From Candidatus Beckwithbacteria bacterium (lineage in GTDB: Bacteria; Patescibacteriota; Microgenomatia; UBA1400; UBA1449), in NCBI GenBank assembly GCA_012797845.1, contig JAAZOH010000025.1:3767-67766 (forward strand): a stretch of 64,000 bases of DNA, read 5' to 3'. Shown piece after piece: positions 18,368 to 28,168 of the stretch. The translations under genes were made by a program, and so were the position numbers. Position 1 is the first letter of the stretch, and each line of letters opens with the position of its first letter. The notes beneath the pieces are model-generated. The model was not told the origin of the DNA, searched no databases, and saw only the letters and a list, made by a program, of their open reading frames with translations.

Positions 18368-19653
18368 TTTTTCGTTTCAATTAGTTTATACCCCAAATAT
18401 AAGACACTTGGATATATTTGCAAACTAAGCCTGTAAATTGAAGTAGAAATATTAGTTGCCTGATCTTCTGGAGTTAAATAATAAACTATTAAATATGAGA
18501 TTAGTTGTCCAAGTAGAATCAGAAAGCATAAACGATATTCTTTTGATGAAAGGATTTCTTTAAAACCTATAATAAAACCATATAATATTAACCACCAACC
18601 TAATCCCCATCGATAAAGCTGTCGCCATTCTTCACGAAAAGCGTGCAAGCTATATATAAGCGAATCTTTTAAATCTCGATTTAAAAGCTCTAAATGTAGT
18701 GCATTATTGATATAACGATTATCAAACTGATAGTAAGCTTTCCATGTAAAATTCCCAATTATAAAAAGAAGTAAGGCTAACCAAGCTGTAATTTTTTCTT
18801 GAAAAAAATCTTTTCTATAAACTAATGGGGTTAAGACTAAAAATAATAAACTTGCTGGCAACAAATCATTTTTACTAATTGTAGTAAAAAATAAAAACAA
18901 AACAGAGTGTAAAAAATTCTTTTTAATAATCTGGGAAATTGCTAAAAGGAGAAAAAAACTGGCTAACAAATCTGCATTGCCAACATATTCATTCCAAATT
19001 ACGTTGCCATACAAAAATGGTGTAGTTAATAAAATGCTAAACCAAAGTATTGAATGAATTTTTTTAAGTTTTATTTGCTGCAGAAATATTAAAATAATAG
19101 CTATCCATATACTTAAAACTAATACTTGACTATAGTATTCATTAGCTTTGCCTAGAAAAAAATATATCCAAGAAATGCTCAAAGGCCATAAAATAGGATG
19201 ATCAAAAGGCCAGAAAAAGTACAGATTAAATCTACTAACACTACCATCAAGCCAAAATGCTCGAGCTCGAGCTAACCAGATACTATAAGCATCATAACCC
19301 CAAACATTAGAAAGCAAACTAAGATAGCTAATAAACAAAATAAATACAGCTAATGATAAAATCGGAATTAGTTTTTTGGCATCTAGCTTTAATGTCAATT
19401 TAATCTTTTTTTGTTTTTTCTTGTATAGTAGTAAAACCCATAAAGTAGTAAGGATAAAAAATGTTAGAACTAAGCTTTGTTGTAATTTAATTTGAGCAAG
19501 ACCTAGTAAGATTTGCATTAAACCAACTATCCCAAGCCCCAAGCCAAAAAAACTTGAAAGGTTGATTTGTTTTTTATGTAAAAAATAAAAATTTGTTAAA
19601 TATCCAACTTCCCAAAAACTTATGATACTTAGTAAGGTTAAAATAAAATCCAT
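18364..19653 (-). CDS. Polytopic membrane protein, candidate Wzy-like repeat-unit polymerase
   Basis: Very AT-rich, about 11-12 TM helices, poorly conserved, and located beside Wzx and ligase-like genes. This is typical of wzy genes. Confidence 0.3.
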   Translation of the reverse strand: MDFILTLLSIISFWEVGYLTNFYFLHKKQINLSSFFGLGLGIVGLMQILLGLAQIKLQQSLVLTFFILTTLWVLLLYKKKQKKIKLTLKLDAKKLIPILSLAVFILFISYLSLLSNVWGYDAYSIWLARARAFWLDGSVSRFNLYFFWPFDHPILWPLSISWIYFFLGKANEYYSQVLVLSIWIAIILIFLQQIKLKKIHSILWFSILLTTPFLYGNVIWNEYVGNADLLASFFLLLAISQIIKKNFLHSVLFLFFTTISKNDLLPASLLFLVLTPLVYRKDFFQEKITAWLALLLFIIGNFTWKAYYQFDNRYINNALHLELLNRDLKDSLIYSLHAFREEWRQLYRWGLGWWLILYGFIIGFKEILSSKEYRLCFLILLGQLISYLIVYYLTPEDQATNISTSIYRLSLQIYPSVLYLGYKLIETKK

Positions 19654-19661
19654 ATTTTGAA

Positions 19662-20144
19662 TTACTTTTTAAGATAAACAAAGGTGTTATATCTGTTATA
19701 GATTAATTTGTACTTTAATAGGTTTCTTTTTTTAAATTGTGAAATTAAAATTTGGCATTGATTTACATTTGACTGATTACTCTCAGCTATCACTTTGACT
19801 TGTTGCGGATACAGTTGATATAAAAGATATTTTACTGGCAAATCCCAAGACCAAAAAATACATACTGAATCGCTTTTAGAAATTAAAGTTCCTATATCCT
19901 TAGCTACCAAGTTTTGAGCCATAGTGTCTCTTTCAATTATTTGATCAACCAATGTAGGTTTCATAAAACTTTTTGGCAAATATTGGATTAGAAAATAGAT
20001 ATTTATCCCTATGCCAGCAAGTAAAACTAAAGTAATAATCAAATTTTTTAATCTTGGCAAAATAAAAACACACAACAGGGAAGCAATTAAACTTAAATAA
20101 AAAAAGCCTAAAAAAGTAAAAATCTTTTGAAATAAATAAAACAT
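19662..20144 (-). CDS. Small hypothetical membrane protein (160 aa)
   Basis: ORF with 3 hydrophobic segments, AT-rich, no family recognised. Confidence 0.3.
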   Translation of the reverse strand: MFYLFQKIFTFLGFFYLSLIASLLCVFILPRLKNLIITLVLLAGIGINIYFLIQYLPKSFMKPTLVDQIIERDTMAQNLVAKDIGTLISKSDSVCIFWSWDLPVKYLLYQLYPQQVKVIAESNQSNVNQCQILISQFKKRNLLKYKLIYNRYNTFVYLKK

Positions 20145-20155
20145 GAATAATGTTA

Positions 20156-21286
20156 CTAATACAATAGCCCTTGGTAAACTTTAAGGGTTTTTTTAGCACA
20201 ATCTTCCCAAGTAAATCGTTTAGCTTGAGCAATGCCTAAGCTTTTCCACTTAGCTTGTTCCTCTGGATTGGTCATCAAATATTTCATGGCTTGATTAAGT
20301 TTAAGAGCGTCTTTAGATGGTACCATGATGGCTGCTTTTCCGGCAACTTCTGGCAAGCTGGAAACATTACTGCAAATTACCGGCACTCCAGCTGCCATAG
20401 CTTCTAAAACCGGTAAACCAAAACCTTCATACTCCGATAAGTAAATAAATCCAGCGGCTTGGCAGTAAAGAATTTTTAGTTCTAGCTCACTGACATAGCC
20501 TGTCTCAACCACATAACGCCTTTGATCCGAGCTCACAATTTTAACTTCTTTACTCCAACCGCTTTTACCAGTTATAACCAGTTGGGCTTTACTATATACC
20601 TCTGGCTTAGCATGAGCTTCTAAAATAGTTTTTAAATTCTTGCGCGGCTCTTTAGTCCCCACAGTTAAAAAATAAGGCTTGCGAATTTGATATTTTAAAA
20701 GAGTAGCCGCTACTTGTTGCTCATTAAAATCCTGATCAAAAAATTCTTCTGAAACTCCTTCATAAATGACAGCCACTTGTTCAGGCTTGATAAAAGCATA
20801 TTTGATAATGTCATTCCTAGTTGCCTGAGAAACGGCAATCACCCCATGACACTCTTTCTGTACCCAACCAAGGCGCCTGGCAAAATTCTCTCGTAAAACT
20901 GGATCATGATATTGTGGGTACAGCATCGGCGTCAGATCATGAATGGTAGTCACATTTTTGGCGGAAGTCGGTGGTTGTGTCCAATCCGAACTATGAAAAA
21001 CATCGCACCGGCCCATAAATTTTTCAATCGGCTTACTATGGTATTGATTCCAAACTACCTGGGCTAGTTTAGGGGGAAACAGTTTGTAATAAATTTTATA
21101 GTTGTGCCGATTTTGTGGCAGAGTTTTAGCAAAAGCTTCGATTTCTTTTTTTTGCCGAAACACCCCGGCAAACAGCTTATACTCGTTATTCCAATCAAGT
21201 AGTAATAAGTTTTTGACCAGTTCTCTGGTATACCGGGAAACGCCGGTGCCATAGGCAATTTGAGAAATATCAATACCAATAATCAT
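20156..21286 (-). CDS. Glycosyltransferase family 4
   Basis: YEGFGLPVLEAMAAGVPVICS motif. Confidence 0.8.
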   Translation of the reverse strand: MIIGIDISQIAYGTGVSRYTRELVKNLLLLDWNNEYKLFAGVFRQKKEIEAFAKTLPQNRHNYKIYYKLFPPKLAQVVWNQYHSKPIEKFMGRCDVFHSSDWTQPPTSAKNVTTIHDLTPMLYPQYHDPVLRENFARRLGWVQKECHGVIAVSQATRNDIIKYAFIKPEQVAVIYEGVSEEFFDQDFNEQQVAATLLKYQIRKPYFLTVGTKEPRKNLKTILEAHAKPEVYSKAQLVITGKSGWSKEVKIVSSDQRRYVVETGYVSELELKILYCQAAGFIYLSEYEGFGLPVLEAMAAGVPVICSNVSSLPEVAGKAAIMVPSKDALKLNQAMKYLMTNPEEQAKWKSLGIAQAKRFTWEDCAKKTLKVYQGLLY

Positions 21287-22722
21287 AAAGCTTGGGCATG
21301 AAGCCCTGATGGATTTACTAAATATTTTACAACCAAATCACCTCGGAATGTTTTACTAGAAATTTCCTCAAATCCATACTCCTGAGTCAAAGTAATTTCT
21401 GTTTTATTTTGTGAGTCAAAAATAGGTTGGGCATACGTAATCAGCCAAACACTGGGCAAGTATTTAATTTCATCAATGTTTTGATAATCAATGAGCGTAT
21501 GTTTGCCTTGGTCATAGTACGCAAAAGGGGCATCTACTGAGCTAATCATGACCACATACGAAGAAGCTTGTTTGCCATCAATAAAAGCTACCAATGATTT
21601 CCAGTCTTCACGATGCAAACTAGCATCAAATAGATAAAAGCTGCTACTCACAATATTGAGTAGCAGAAAAACACCAAAGGCAATTTTTTGTATATCTTTT
21701 TTAAAAAATTGCAAACTAAACACAAAAACTAGGTAAAAAGCCGGAAGGACAAAGAGATAACGGAAGTACGATAGTAAAGCAAGTTTAATTGATAAAACTA
21801 TACCTAAACTAATTGGACCGACTAGCCAAGCCAGCAAAAACAGCAGTTTTTTATCTTTGACTAACTTATTTTTTACTAAAGCCTGCATTATCACGATTAC
21901 ATACGCTATTAAAAATAGCGCCAAAATCAAGACAAAACTAAATGAAGTTTGCAAATCAATTCTCCCTAGTAAAAATTTAGCCGGAATTAAAAGCAGATTT
22001 TTAAATGATAAAGCTCCCAAGCTTTGCCAAACTGGCAAAGCAGTTGATACCTTTGCAGCTAGAATTACCTGAGTTTTCAAAAGTGGCAGCAAAGGAATAA
22101 TTGAAACCAATGGCAGTAAAGTAGCTAAGGTTCTTTTTTTATCTTTTGTTAAAACCCAAGTTAGAATAATCTGAATTGGCCACAGCAGCCAAGCCACATA
22201 ATGTGACCATAACAGTAAACTAGTAACGATAATATAGCGCCAAAGAGACTTTTTTTCTTGTATATATTGCCATAAACTTAGCATTGACCAGCTAGCTAAA
22301 AAAGTGGCCAGCATATATGCCCTTGCTTCCTGAGAGTAATAGATCAGTAGTGGACTAGTAGCTAGTAATAAACCCCCGGCAACTTGTAATTCGATTTTTT
22401 TAGGAAGCATTTGTTTAAGCAACGTAAGCCCAAACCAAACTACCCCAACTCCCAGCAAAACCGATGGTAACCGTAGGGCTATTTCGCTACTGCCAAACAT
22501 TCTCACCCACCCCCAGAGCAAAATATAGTGCAGTGGCGGATTAAAATCCCCAGGCATAAATGAGGTGAAAAGCTGAGGCAGAGAATTATCGCGGACCGCC
22601 AAAGCTTCAATCGCTTCATCCAACCAAAGCGATTGATTTATATAAGGCAATCGAAGCAGTAAAGCTACTAATAGCACTACATACATGCCATACGATTGCA
22701 AAAAGTGCTTCCATCCTTTCAT
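21283..22722 (-). CDS. Polytopic membrane protein, putative GT-C-type glycosyltransferase (ArnT/PMT_2-like)
   Basis: First extracytoplasmic loop NQSLWLDEAIEALAV carries the DE motif that follows TM1 in GT-C enzymes. About 12 TM helices. Confidence 0.45.
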   Translation of the reverse strand: MKGWKHFLQSYGMYVVLLVALLLRLPYINQSLWLDEAIEALAVRDNSLPQLFTSFMPGDFNPPLHYILLWGWVRMFGSSEIALRLPSVLLGVGVVWFGLTLLKQMLPKKIELQVAGGLLLATSPLLIYYSQEARAYMLATFLASWSMLSLWQYIQEKKSLWRYIIVTSLLLWSHYVAWLLWPIQIILTWVLTKDKKRTLATLLPLVSIIPLLPLLKTQVILAAKVSTALPVWQSLGALSFKNLLLIPAKFLLGRIDLQTSFSFVLILALFLIAYVIVIMQALVKNKLVKDKKLLFLLAWLVGPISLGIVLSIKLALLSYFRYLFVLPAFYLVFVFSLQFFKKDIQKIAFGVFLLLNIVSSSFYLFDASLHREDWKSLVAFIDGKQASSYVVMISSVDAPFAYYDQGKHTLIDYQNIDEIKYLPSVWLITYAQPIFDSQNKTEITLTQEYGFEEISSKTFRGDLVVKYLVNPSGLHAQAL

Positions 22723-23543
22723 ACTGCCTTTCTCGAAGCTCCGCTCATAATGCCACTTAAAATTCCTAAATCGTAGATAATTTTAAAGTTAAGCATTCCC
22801 ATTTCTTTGTATGTAATCGCCTTAACCAAACCTAAAAATATGGAAACTGGCATAGTAGCTCGCAAGCCAGCTACAATTTTACCAACAATGCCAAACTTGC
22901 GTTGTCGGCCCCCAATCCAAAGTGCCTGCCAAAAAACTTCCTGCATACTGGCCGGATTGTAGTGGTAATATTTGGCTTTAGTTTTGACTGGCTTATAGCC
23001 TAATTTTTCCGACAACGACCAGGTGTCGGTATAACCGGTATTACTAAAACCACCAACTCTATCGAATTCTGATTTTAAAATAGCTCTAAAATCCCGGAGC
23101 ATCATGTCTTTTTCATCAATCCGTTTGCGGGTTTTTAGACCTTGCTCAAAGTTCCAACACCGGGCCCAAACATTATTCCAATTAGCTACATACTCTTCTG
23201 TGGAAATCGTACCTTTTGCCAAACCTTGTTCAATTGGCTCAATTAACTGTTCTAAAAAGTCTGGTTCAAACTCCATATCACCATCCACAAAAACCAGAAT
23301 ATCGCCTTTAGCCTTTTTAGCCCCAAAATTCCTGGCTACTGCTGTCCCACTATGCTTTATTCTAAAAAATCTAAATGTGCCGTTTTTACTTTTTAGTTCT
23401 AAGTTTTTAGCTTTTTTGAAGCTGCCATCATCAACTACAATAATTTCAAATCTAGCCTTTTTTTGGCATGCTAAACTTTCTAAGCATTTTTTTAAATATT
23501 GGTCTTCGTTGTAGGTAGCAATGATAACTGAAACTAGTGTCAT
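22719..23543 (-). CDS. Glycosyltransferase family 2
   Basis: VSVIIATYNED...IIVVDDGS...VFVDGDMEF, GT-A fold. Confidence 0.75.
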   Translation of the reverse strand: MTLVSVIIATYNEDQYLKKCLESLACQKKARFEIIVVDDGSFKKAKNLELKSKNGTFRFFRIKHSGTAVARNFGAKKAKGDILVFVDGDMEFEPDFLEQLIEPIEQGLAKGTISTEEYVANWNNVWARCWNFEQGLKTRKRIDEKDMMLRDFRAILKSEFDRVGGFSNTGYTDTWSLSEKLGYKPVKTKAKYYHYNPASMQEVFWQALWIGGRQRKFGIVGKIVAGLRATMPVSIFLGLVKAITYKEMGMLNFKIIYDLGILSGIMSGASRKAV

Positions 23544-24796
23544 AAATCTTTATGTAGCCAAAAGTACGCTAAGTAATTGCCTATCATACCAAGACTATTC
23601 ATGGCTAGCAAACTGTAAGCTGGTCCAAACATACCATACTTTGGAATAAGAAGTAAATTTAATAGAACTAACCCTACTAGTTGTACTAAAGATATTCCAG
23701 TTACATATTTAGGTTTTTTGTAAAAATAAACCACCGCATTAGTAGCTGGAATTGATAGCAGCAAAGGAATGTTGGCCAGTACTAAAAAACGAAATACGGC
23801 AATAGCTGCCAAAAAATCTTCACCATAGGCAATGGAAATAATTGGATAAGCTAAAACTAGGAGTAGCATCATAATGGCACTAATCCCAAACCCGATGAGT
23901 AAAGATTTGCGAAAATAAGTGCCAGCTTGATCTTTGCTGGTAAAACTGGCAAAGCGGGGTGAAACCACAGATGATAGTGAGGAAACCACCAGTGGAAAAA
24001 TACTCATAAACCGAGCGGCGGCGGCATAGATGCCTGTAAAATATAATGTCGACAACCAAGGCAGCATCATTACATCTAGTCGTCCATATAAATTGGCAAA
24101 AAAGTTTTGCGCTGCTAACCACTTACTAAAACCTAATAATTTGGGTATGAGCTTGGTCTTAACCCTTCGAATTTGCAAATAATCACCAACCATGAGTTTT
24201 CCAACTACAAAAGCCACTAAATAAGCAATGACAATCGACCAGAGTGCCAGGGTGATATTTAGACGAGCATAGAGCAAGAAAAAAACACCAATTACCAATA
24301 GTCTTGCCACACTAAAAACATTGTCTAAAATTGACCGACTCCAAAAACGCTGTAGTGATTGCAATAGTGCTAATAAGAAAATATTAATAGTGATAATTAC
24401 AATTATCAAAAACACCAAGCCTGAAAAATCCTGATTATGCCCCCAAAGTTTAATGAGGAAAAAACGGTACAAGCAAGACATAACTAGAGCAATTATGATT
24501 GAGCTTGCAAATACACTAGTCAAACTGGTGCTGCTCCAGGTTTTTTTGCGCGTCCTGGTTTTAAACCCTGATATAAAAGCTACTAAACTTTGATTGATGC
24601 CCAAATCAGCCACAGCTGATAAAAAGGTCGTAAAACCAATAATAGTTGAAAAAATCCCAAACCGTTCTGGCCCTAAATTGCGGGCAATTAGAAAAACAAA
24701 AATAAATCCTAGCGCTGACGAAATCCCACTACCACCCAAAACAATGAGCGCATCCATGGCAGTCTTAGACTTGAGCAAAGAAAGGTATTGCTTCAT
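23540..24796 (-). CDS. wzx: Wzx-type oligosaccharide flippase (MOP superfamily polysaccharide biosynthesis protein)
   Basis: 418 aa with about 12 TM helices and the N-terminal pattern typical of PST-family flippases. It sits inside the GT cluster. Confidence 0.65.
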   Translation of the reverse strand: MKQYLSLLKSKTAMDALIVLGGSGISSALGFIFVFLIARNLGPERFGIFSTIIGFTTFLSAVADLGINQSLVAFISGFKTRTRKKTWSSTSLTSVFASSIIIALVMSCLYRFFLIKLWGHNQDFSGLVFLIIVIITINIFLLALLQSLQRFWSRSILDNVFSVARLLVIGVFFLLYARLNITLALWSIVIAYLVAFVVGKLMVGDYLQIRRVKTKLIPKLLGFSKWLAAQNFFANLYGRLDVMMLPWLSTLYFTGIYAAAARFMSIFPLVVSSLSSVVSPRFASFTSKDQAGTYFRKSLLIGFGISAIMMLLLVLAYPIISIAYGEDFLAAIAVFRFLVLANIPLLLSIPATNAVVYFYKKPKYVTGISLVQLVGLVLLNLLLIPKYGMFGPAYSLLAMNSLGMIGNYLAYFWLHKDL

Positions 24797-24814
24797 GGGT
24801 TTATTGTAACGAAA

Positions 24815-25924
24815 TTAGTGGAAAGATCCTAATTTAGACGATTTGGACACAAGGCTAATAAAGGCCTTTTCATACTCTCGGCTTACTTGATCCCAATTAA
24901 ATTTTTTAGCTTGCATTTGAGGTTTTTTACCCCAATTGCTATCTAAGGCTTGGCGGATTCTTTGGGCATAAGCAATGTGATCAGCTGGATCAGCTACGTA
25001 TAGTCCTGCTTTGCCGATAATTTCTTTTCGCAAACTGTCATCACGAGCTACCACTGGCACATTTGCAGCCATCGCTTCTAAATAAGCAATGCCAAAACCC
25101 TCCTGAGAGTCAGATACTAGCGTAAACACATCAGCAATTTGATAGACAGCCGGCATTTGCTCATGAGGAGTTTTTAATTGTACAAATTGATCACTAAGTA
25201 ATTTTTTGCCTAAATTTTTAGTTTTTTTACTGCCACCCAAAACTAGTAAGCTGACATTACCAAGCTTAGTAACAGCCTCAATCGTATCTTCAACCCGTTT
25301 ATAAGGTTCAGGGCCAGCTACACATAAACATATCGGTTTTTTAAGTTTTGCTATTTGCAACTGGATTTTCCCTGCTAGTGTTTGTTTCTGGAAAAATTTG
25401 GCAAAATCGACTCCATTGGGAATAGCTATGATTTGGTCACTATCTTTTAAACTCAATTGCTTTAATCTAGTTTGGGATTGGGTAATAAATAGGTCTGGTT
25501 TAAGGCTAAGAGCTAAACTCTCCTCCCGGCCTTTACCCACCTGAGCACTGATAACCAAGCGTGAGTGTTTATGAAGCCTAATATACAGTTTAGCTAAAAC
25601 TGCTTGCCAACCGTGATTACAAGCTACGATAATATCTGGCTGAAATGATTGTAGGGTTTTTAAGGCTTGAAAACTGAATTTGGCAATTACCCGGGATTTT
25701 TTATCCAGGAAAAAACGTTCCTTAAAATCCTGGCTCAGCTTTTGAGAATTATACGATTTACCTGGAATCACAATCTGCATGTACGGTTTTTGCTCTTTTT
25801 TAGTTCCAGCTTGAATTACCATTACTTCATGATTTTGGCCTAAACGGGAAGCGAGAGCATCGACAAAGGTTTCTACTCCCCGGTCAACCAAGCCACTGTA
25901 GTAGGATAAGAAGGCAATTTTCAT
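24815..25924 (-). CDS. Glycosyltransferase family 4
   Basis: EGFGIAYLEAMAANVPVVARD motif. Confidence 0.75.
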   Translation of the reverse strand: MKIAFLSYYSGLVDRGVETFVDALASRLGQNHEVMVIQAGTKKEQKPYMQIVIPGKSYNSQKLSQDFKERFFLDKKSRVIAKFSFQALKTLQSFQPDIIVACNHGWQAVLAKLYIRLHKHSRLVISAQVGKGREESLALSLKPDLFITQSQTRLKQLSLKDSDQIIAIPNGVDFAKFFQKQTLAGKIQLQIAKLKKPICLCVAGPEPYKRVEDTIEAVTKLGNVSLLVLGGSKKTKNLGKKLLSDQFVQLKTPHEQMPAVYQIADVFTLVSDSQEGFGIAYLEAMAANVPVVARDDSLRKEIIGKAGLYVADPADHIAYAQRIRQALDSNWGKKPQMQAKKFNWDQVSREYEKAFISLVSKSSKLGSFH

Positions 25925-26694
25925 AATTTACAAGCTATTACAAATAAATGTGGCCCCCATAATTTAAAAGGATATAGTTGTCTCATACCTAAAAAGCGAA
26001 AAGCTTTATTAACAAATTGTTCTTGCGGTTCAGCAATTTTCCAATTGGAAGAGTATTCTATTATTTTCATGTTTTGGGTTTTCAAAAAAGAAAGTAAGCT
26101 ACCTAAATAAGGTTCAACAGTAGTATCCCAATCAATCTGATAATGCTTAGTATCAGCCTTCATGCTTACTTTTTGCCAATCCAACTGACCTTTTGAACCA
26201 ATTAGATCTTTTATCAAACCATCAATCAGCTTGGCAATTCTATGGCCTTTAAAACAAGGTGAGCACCGCTGTGGCGCACCATAATTAGGAGCCAACAATA
26301 CCAGCAAGCCATCTTTTTCTAAAACTCTAATCATCTCTTTTATATTTTGGCTGGGATTTTGCAAATGTTCCAACACAAAAGCCGAATAGACTAAATCAAA
26401 ACTACCATCTTTACAGGGGATTTTTTTACCGTCATAAAAAACAAAATCATAAGCCGGATGACGCTCTTTAGCCATTGCAATGGCTGTGCGACTAATATCT
26501 ATTCCTGTTCCTTTGACTGTTTTGGGAACTATTTTGCTTAGTTTTGTCCCTTCACCGCAACCAAACTCCAAAACCCTATCAGCCTTTTGGGCTAATTCTT
26601 TTATTTTTTTAAGACCTGGATGGGCTAAATACTGACTGGATCTAGCAGCCACCTCATAGTATTTAGTGCTTTCCCAAATATGACTTTGTTTCAT
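25921..26694 (-). CDS. Class I SAM-dependent methyltransferase
   Basis: Motif I VLEFGCGEGTKL and motif II/III spacing of the Methyltransf_11/23 type. Confidence 0.7.
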   Translation of the reverse strand: MKQSHIWESTKYYEVAARSSQYLAHPGLKKIKELAQKADRVLEFGCGEGTKLSKIVPKTVKGTGIDISRTAIAMAKERHPAYDFVFYDGKKIPCKDGSFDLVYSAFVLEHLQNPSQNIKEMIRVLEKDGLLVLLAPNYGAPQRCSPCFKGHRIAKLIDGLIKDLIGSKGQLDWQKVSMKADTKHYQIDWDTTVEPYLGSLLSFLKTQNMKIIEYSSNWKIAEPQEQFVNKAFRFLGMRQLYPFKLWGPHLFVIACKL

Positions 26695-27482
26695 ATCTTT
26701 CTTAAGATATCAAAAAAATTTGCTTTAAGTTCAAACCAAATAGTTCTTTTTCCCAAAACCTGAGGTATTTGCTCTGGCATTTTTTCAAAAAACACTTCTG
26801 GTATATCTTTTTTTATAAACCTCTTACCCTTAGTTATAATTTCCTGCCTTCTGCCTAAATTACCATTACGCTTATTAGTTCTACACAAATGACTAGCATG
26901 CAAATACCAGGCTTTTGAAAAAACTAGTAATTCATCCTGACTAGCTATATTTTGGTTATTAATAAAATAACCTTCATTAGGATAGTCGCCTTGAAGCAGA
27001 TAGTCTTTGGTCCGCATTAGTCTAATATTGAAATGACCGGTTTTGCCCAGAAGCATATATTTACCAAAACTATCCGGCAAATAATGCCAGATATCTCCCA
27101 CACAATTTCTGGTCTGGTTAACTACAGCTAGTGTTTTTTGAGCCAATGTTTTGCTCAGTTTGAGTAGTTTTATCAGCTGTTTTTGCGGCCAAATCTCATC
27201 ACCATCAATTAATAAAAACCATGGTGTTTTTGTTTGAGCTAGCTGCAACTGTCGCAATTTAGTAATCTCTTTAGCTTTCAAAGCTTTTTTTTGAAAAAAA
27301 CTAATGTCAAGATCGTGATTTTTCTCAATAAACAATTTGATCAAAGGTATGGTGTGATCAGTGGAGCCAGTATCAAAAATGATGGTTTTTTCTAGATACG
27401 GAGCTGTACTGGCTAAACTATACCAAATAAACCGTTCTTCATTTTTGACAATCATGTGACCAGTCACCGGAAACTTTACCAT
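26691..27482 (-). CDS. GT2-like (GT-A fold) glycosyltransferase
   Basis: MIVKNEERFI...IIFDTGSTD...LLIDGDEIW matches nucleotide-sugar GT-A signatures. Confidence 0.45.
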   Translation of the reverse strand: MVKFPVTGHMIVKNEERFIWYSLASTAPYLEKTIIFDTGSTDHTIPLIKLFIEKNHDLDISFFQKKALKAKEITKLRQLQLAQTKTPWFLLIDGDEIWPQKQLIKLLKLSKTLAQKTLAVVNQTRNCVGDIWHYLPDSFGKYMLLGKTGHFNIRLMRTKDYLLQGDYPNEGYFINNQNIASQDELLVFSKAWYLHASHLCRTNKRNGNLGRRQEIITKGKRFIKKDIPEVFFEKMPEQIPQVLGKRTIWFELKANFFDILRKI

Positions 27483-27485
27483 AAA

Positions 27486-28163
27486 CTAATCCATCAAACG
27501 CAGTTTAATAAGCACCCAAAAAGCCGTCACTCCATCCCAAAAACCAATTTTTTTACCTTGAGTATAATCACGGCCCACATAAGAAATTGGCATTTCATAA
27601 ATATAGATATGTTTTTTTAAAATTCGAGCTGTAATTTCTGGCTCAAAATCAAAGCGGTTAGCTTTCCATCTGATACTCTTGATCACCTCACTTTTAAAAG
27701 CTTTATAGCAAGTTTCCAGATCAGAAAGCGTTGTATTATATAAAATATTGGCTAATAGATTTAATAAATGATTAGCTACAAAATTCCAAAACAAAAGGTT
27801 GCGATGTTCACCGGTAAAACGAGAACCGTATACCACTTCTGCTTTACCTTTGATAATAGGGTTTATTAAGCGTTCATACTCACTAGGGTCATATTCCAAA
27901 TCAGCATCTTGAATAATGACAATATCACCACTAACCTTAGCTAGAGCAGTTCGGATTGCTGCTCCCTTACCTTGATTTTTTTGGTGTAACAAAACTGTAA
28001 TTTGCTTACTCTTAATCTTTTTTAAAATTTTAGGTGTCTTATCACTGGAAGCATCATCCACCACGATAATTTCTAAATTTTTACGCGCTTTTAAAATGCG
28101 CTTAATAATCTCTTCGATAGTTTTTTCTTCGTTGTAAACTGGAACAATTACAGATAGCTTCAT
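27486..28163 (-). CDS. Polyprenyl-phosphate sugar synthase (DPM1/GtrB/ArnC-like GT2)
   Basis: LSVIVPVYNEE...IIVVDDASSDKT...IIQDADLEYDP...SDLETCYKAF is the classic dolichol-P/undecaprenyl-P glycosyltransferase pattern. Confidence 0.75.
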   Translation of the reverse strand: MKLSVIVPVYNEEKTIEEIIKRILKARKNLEIIVVDDASSDKTPKILKKIKSKQITVLLHQKNQGKGAAIRTALAKVSGDIVIIQDADLEYDPSEYERLINPIIKGKAEVVYGSRFTGEHRNLLFWNFVANHLLNLLANILYNTTLSDLETCYKAFKSEVIKSIRWKANRFDFEPEITARILKKHIYIYEMPISYVGRDYTQGKKIGFWDGVTAFWVLIKLRLMD

Positions 28164-28168
28164 AGGTT

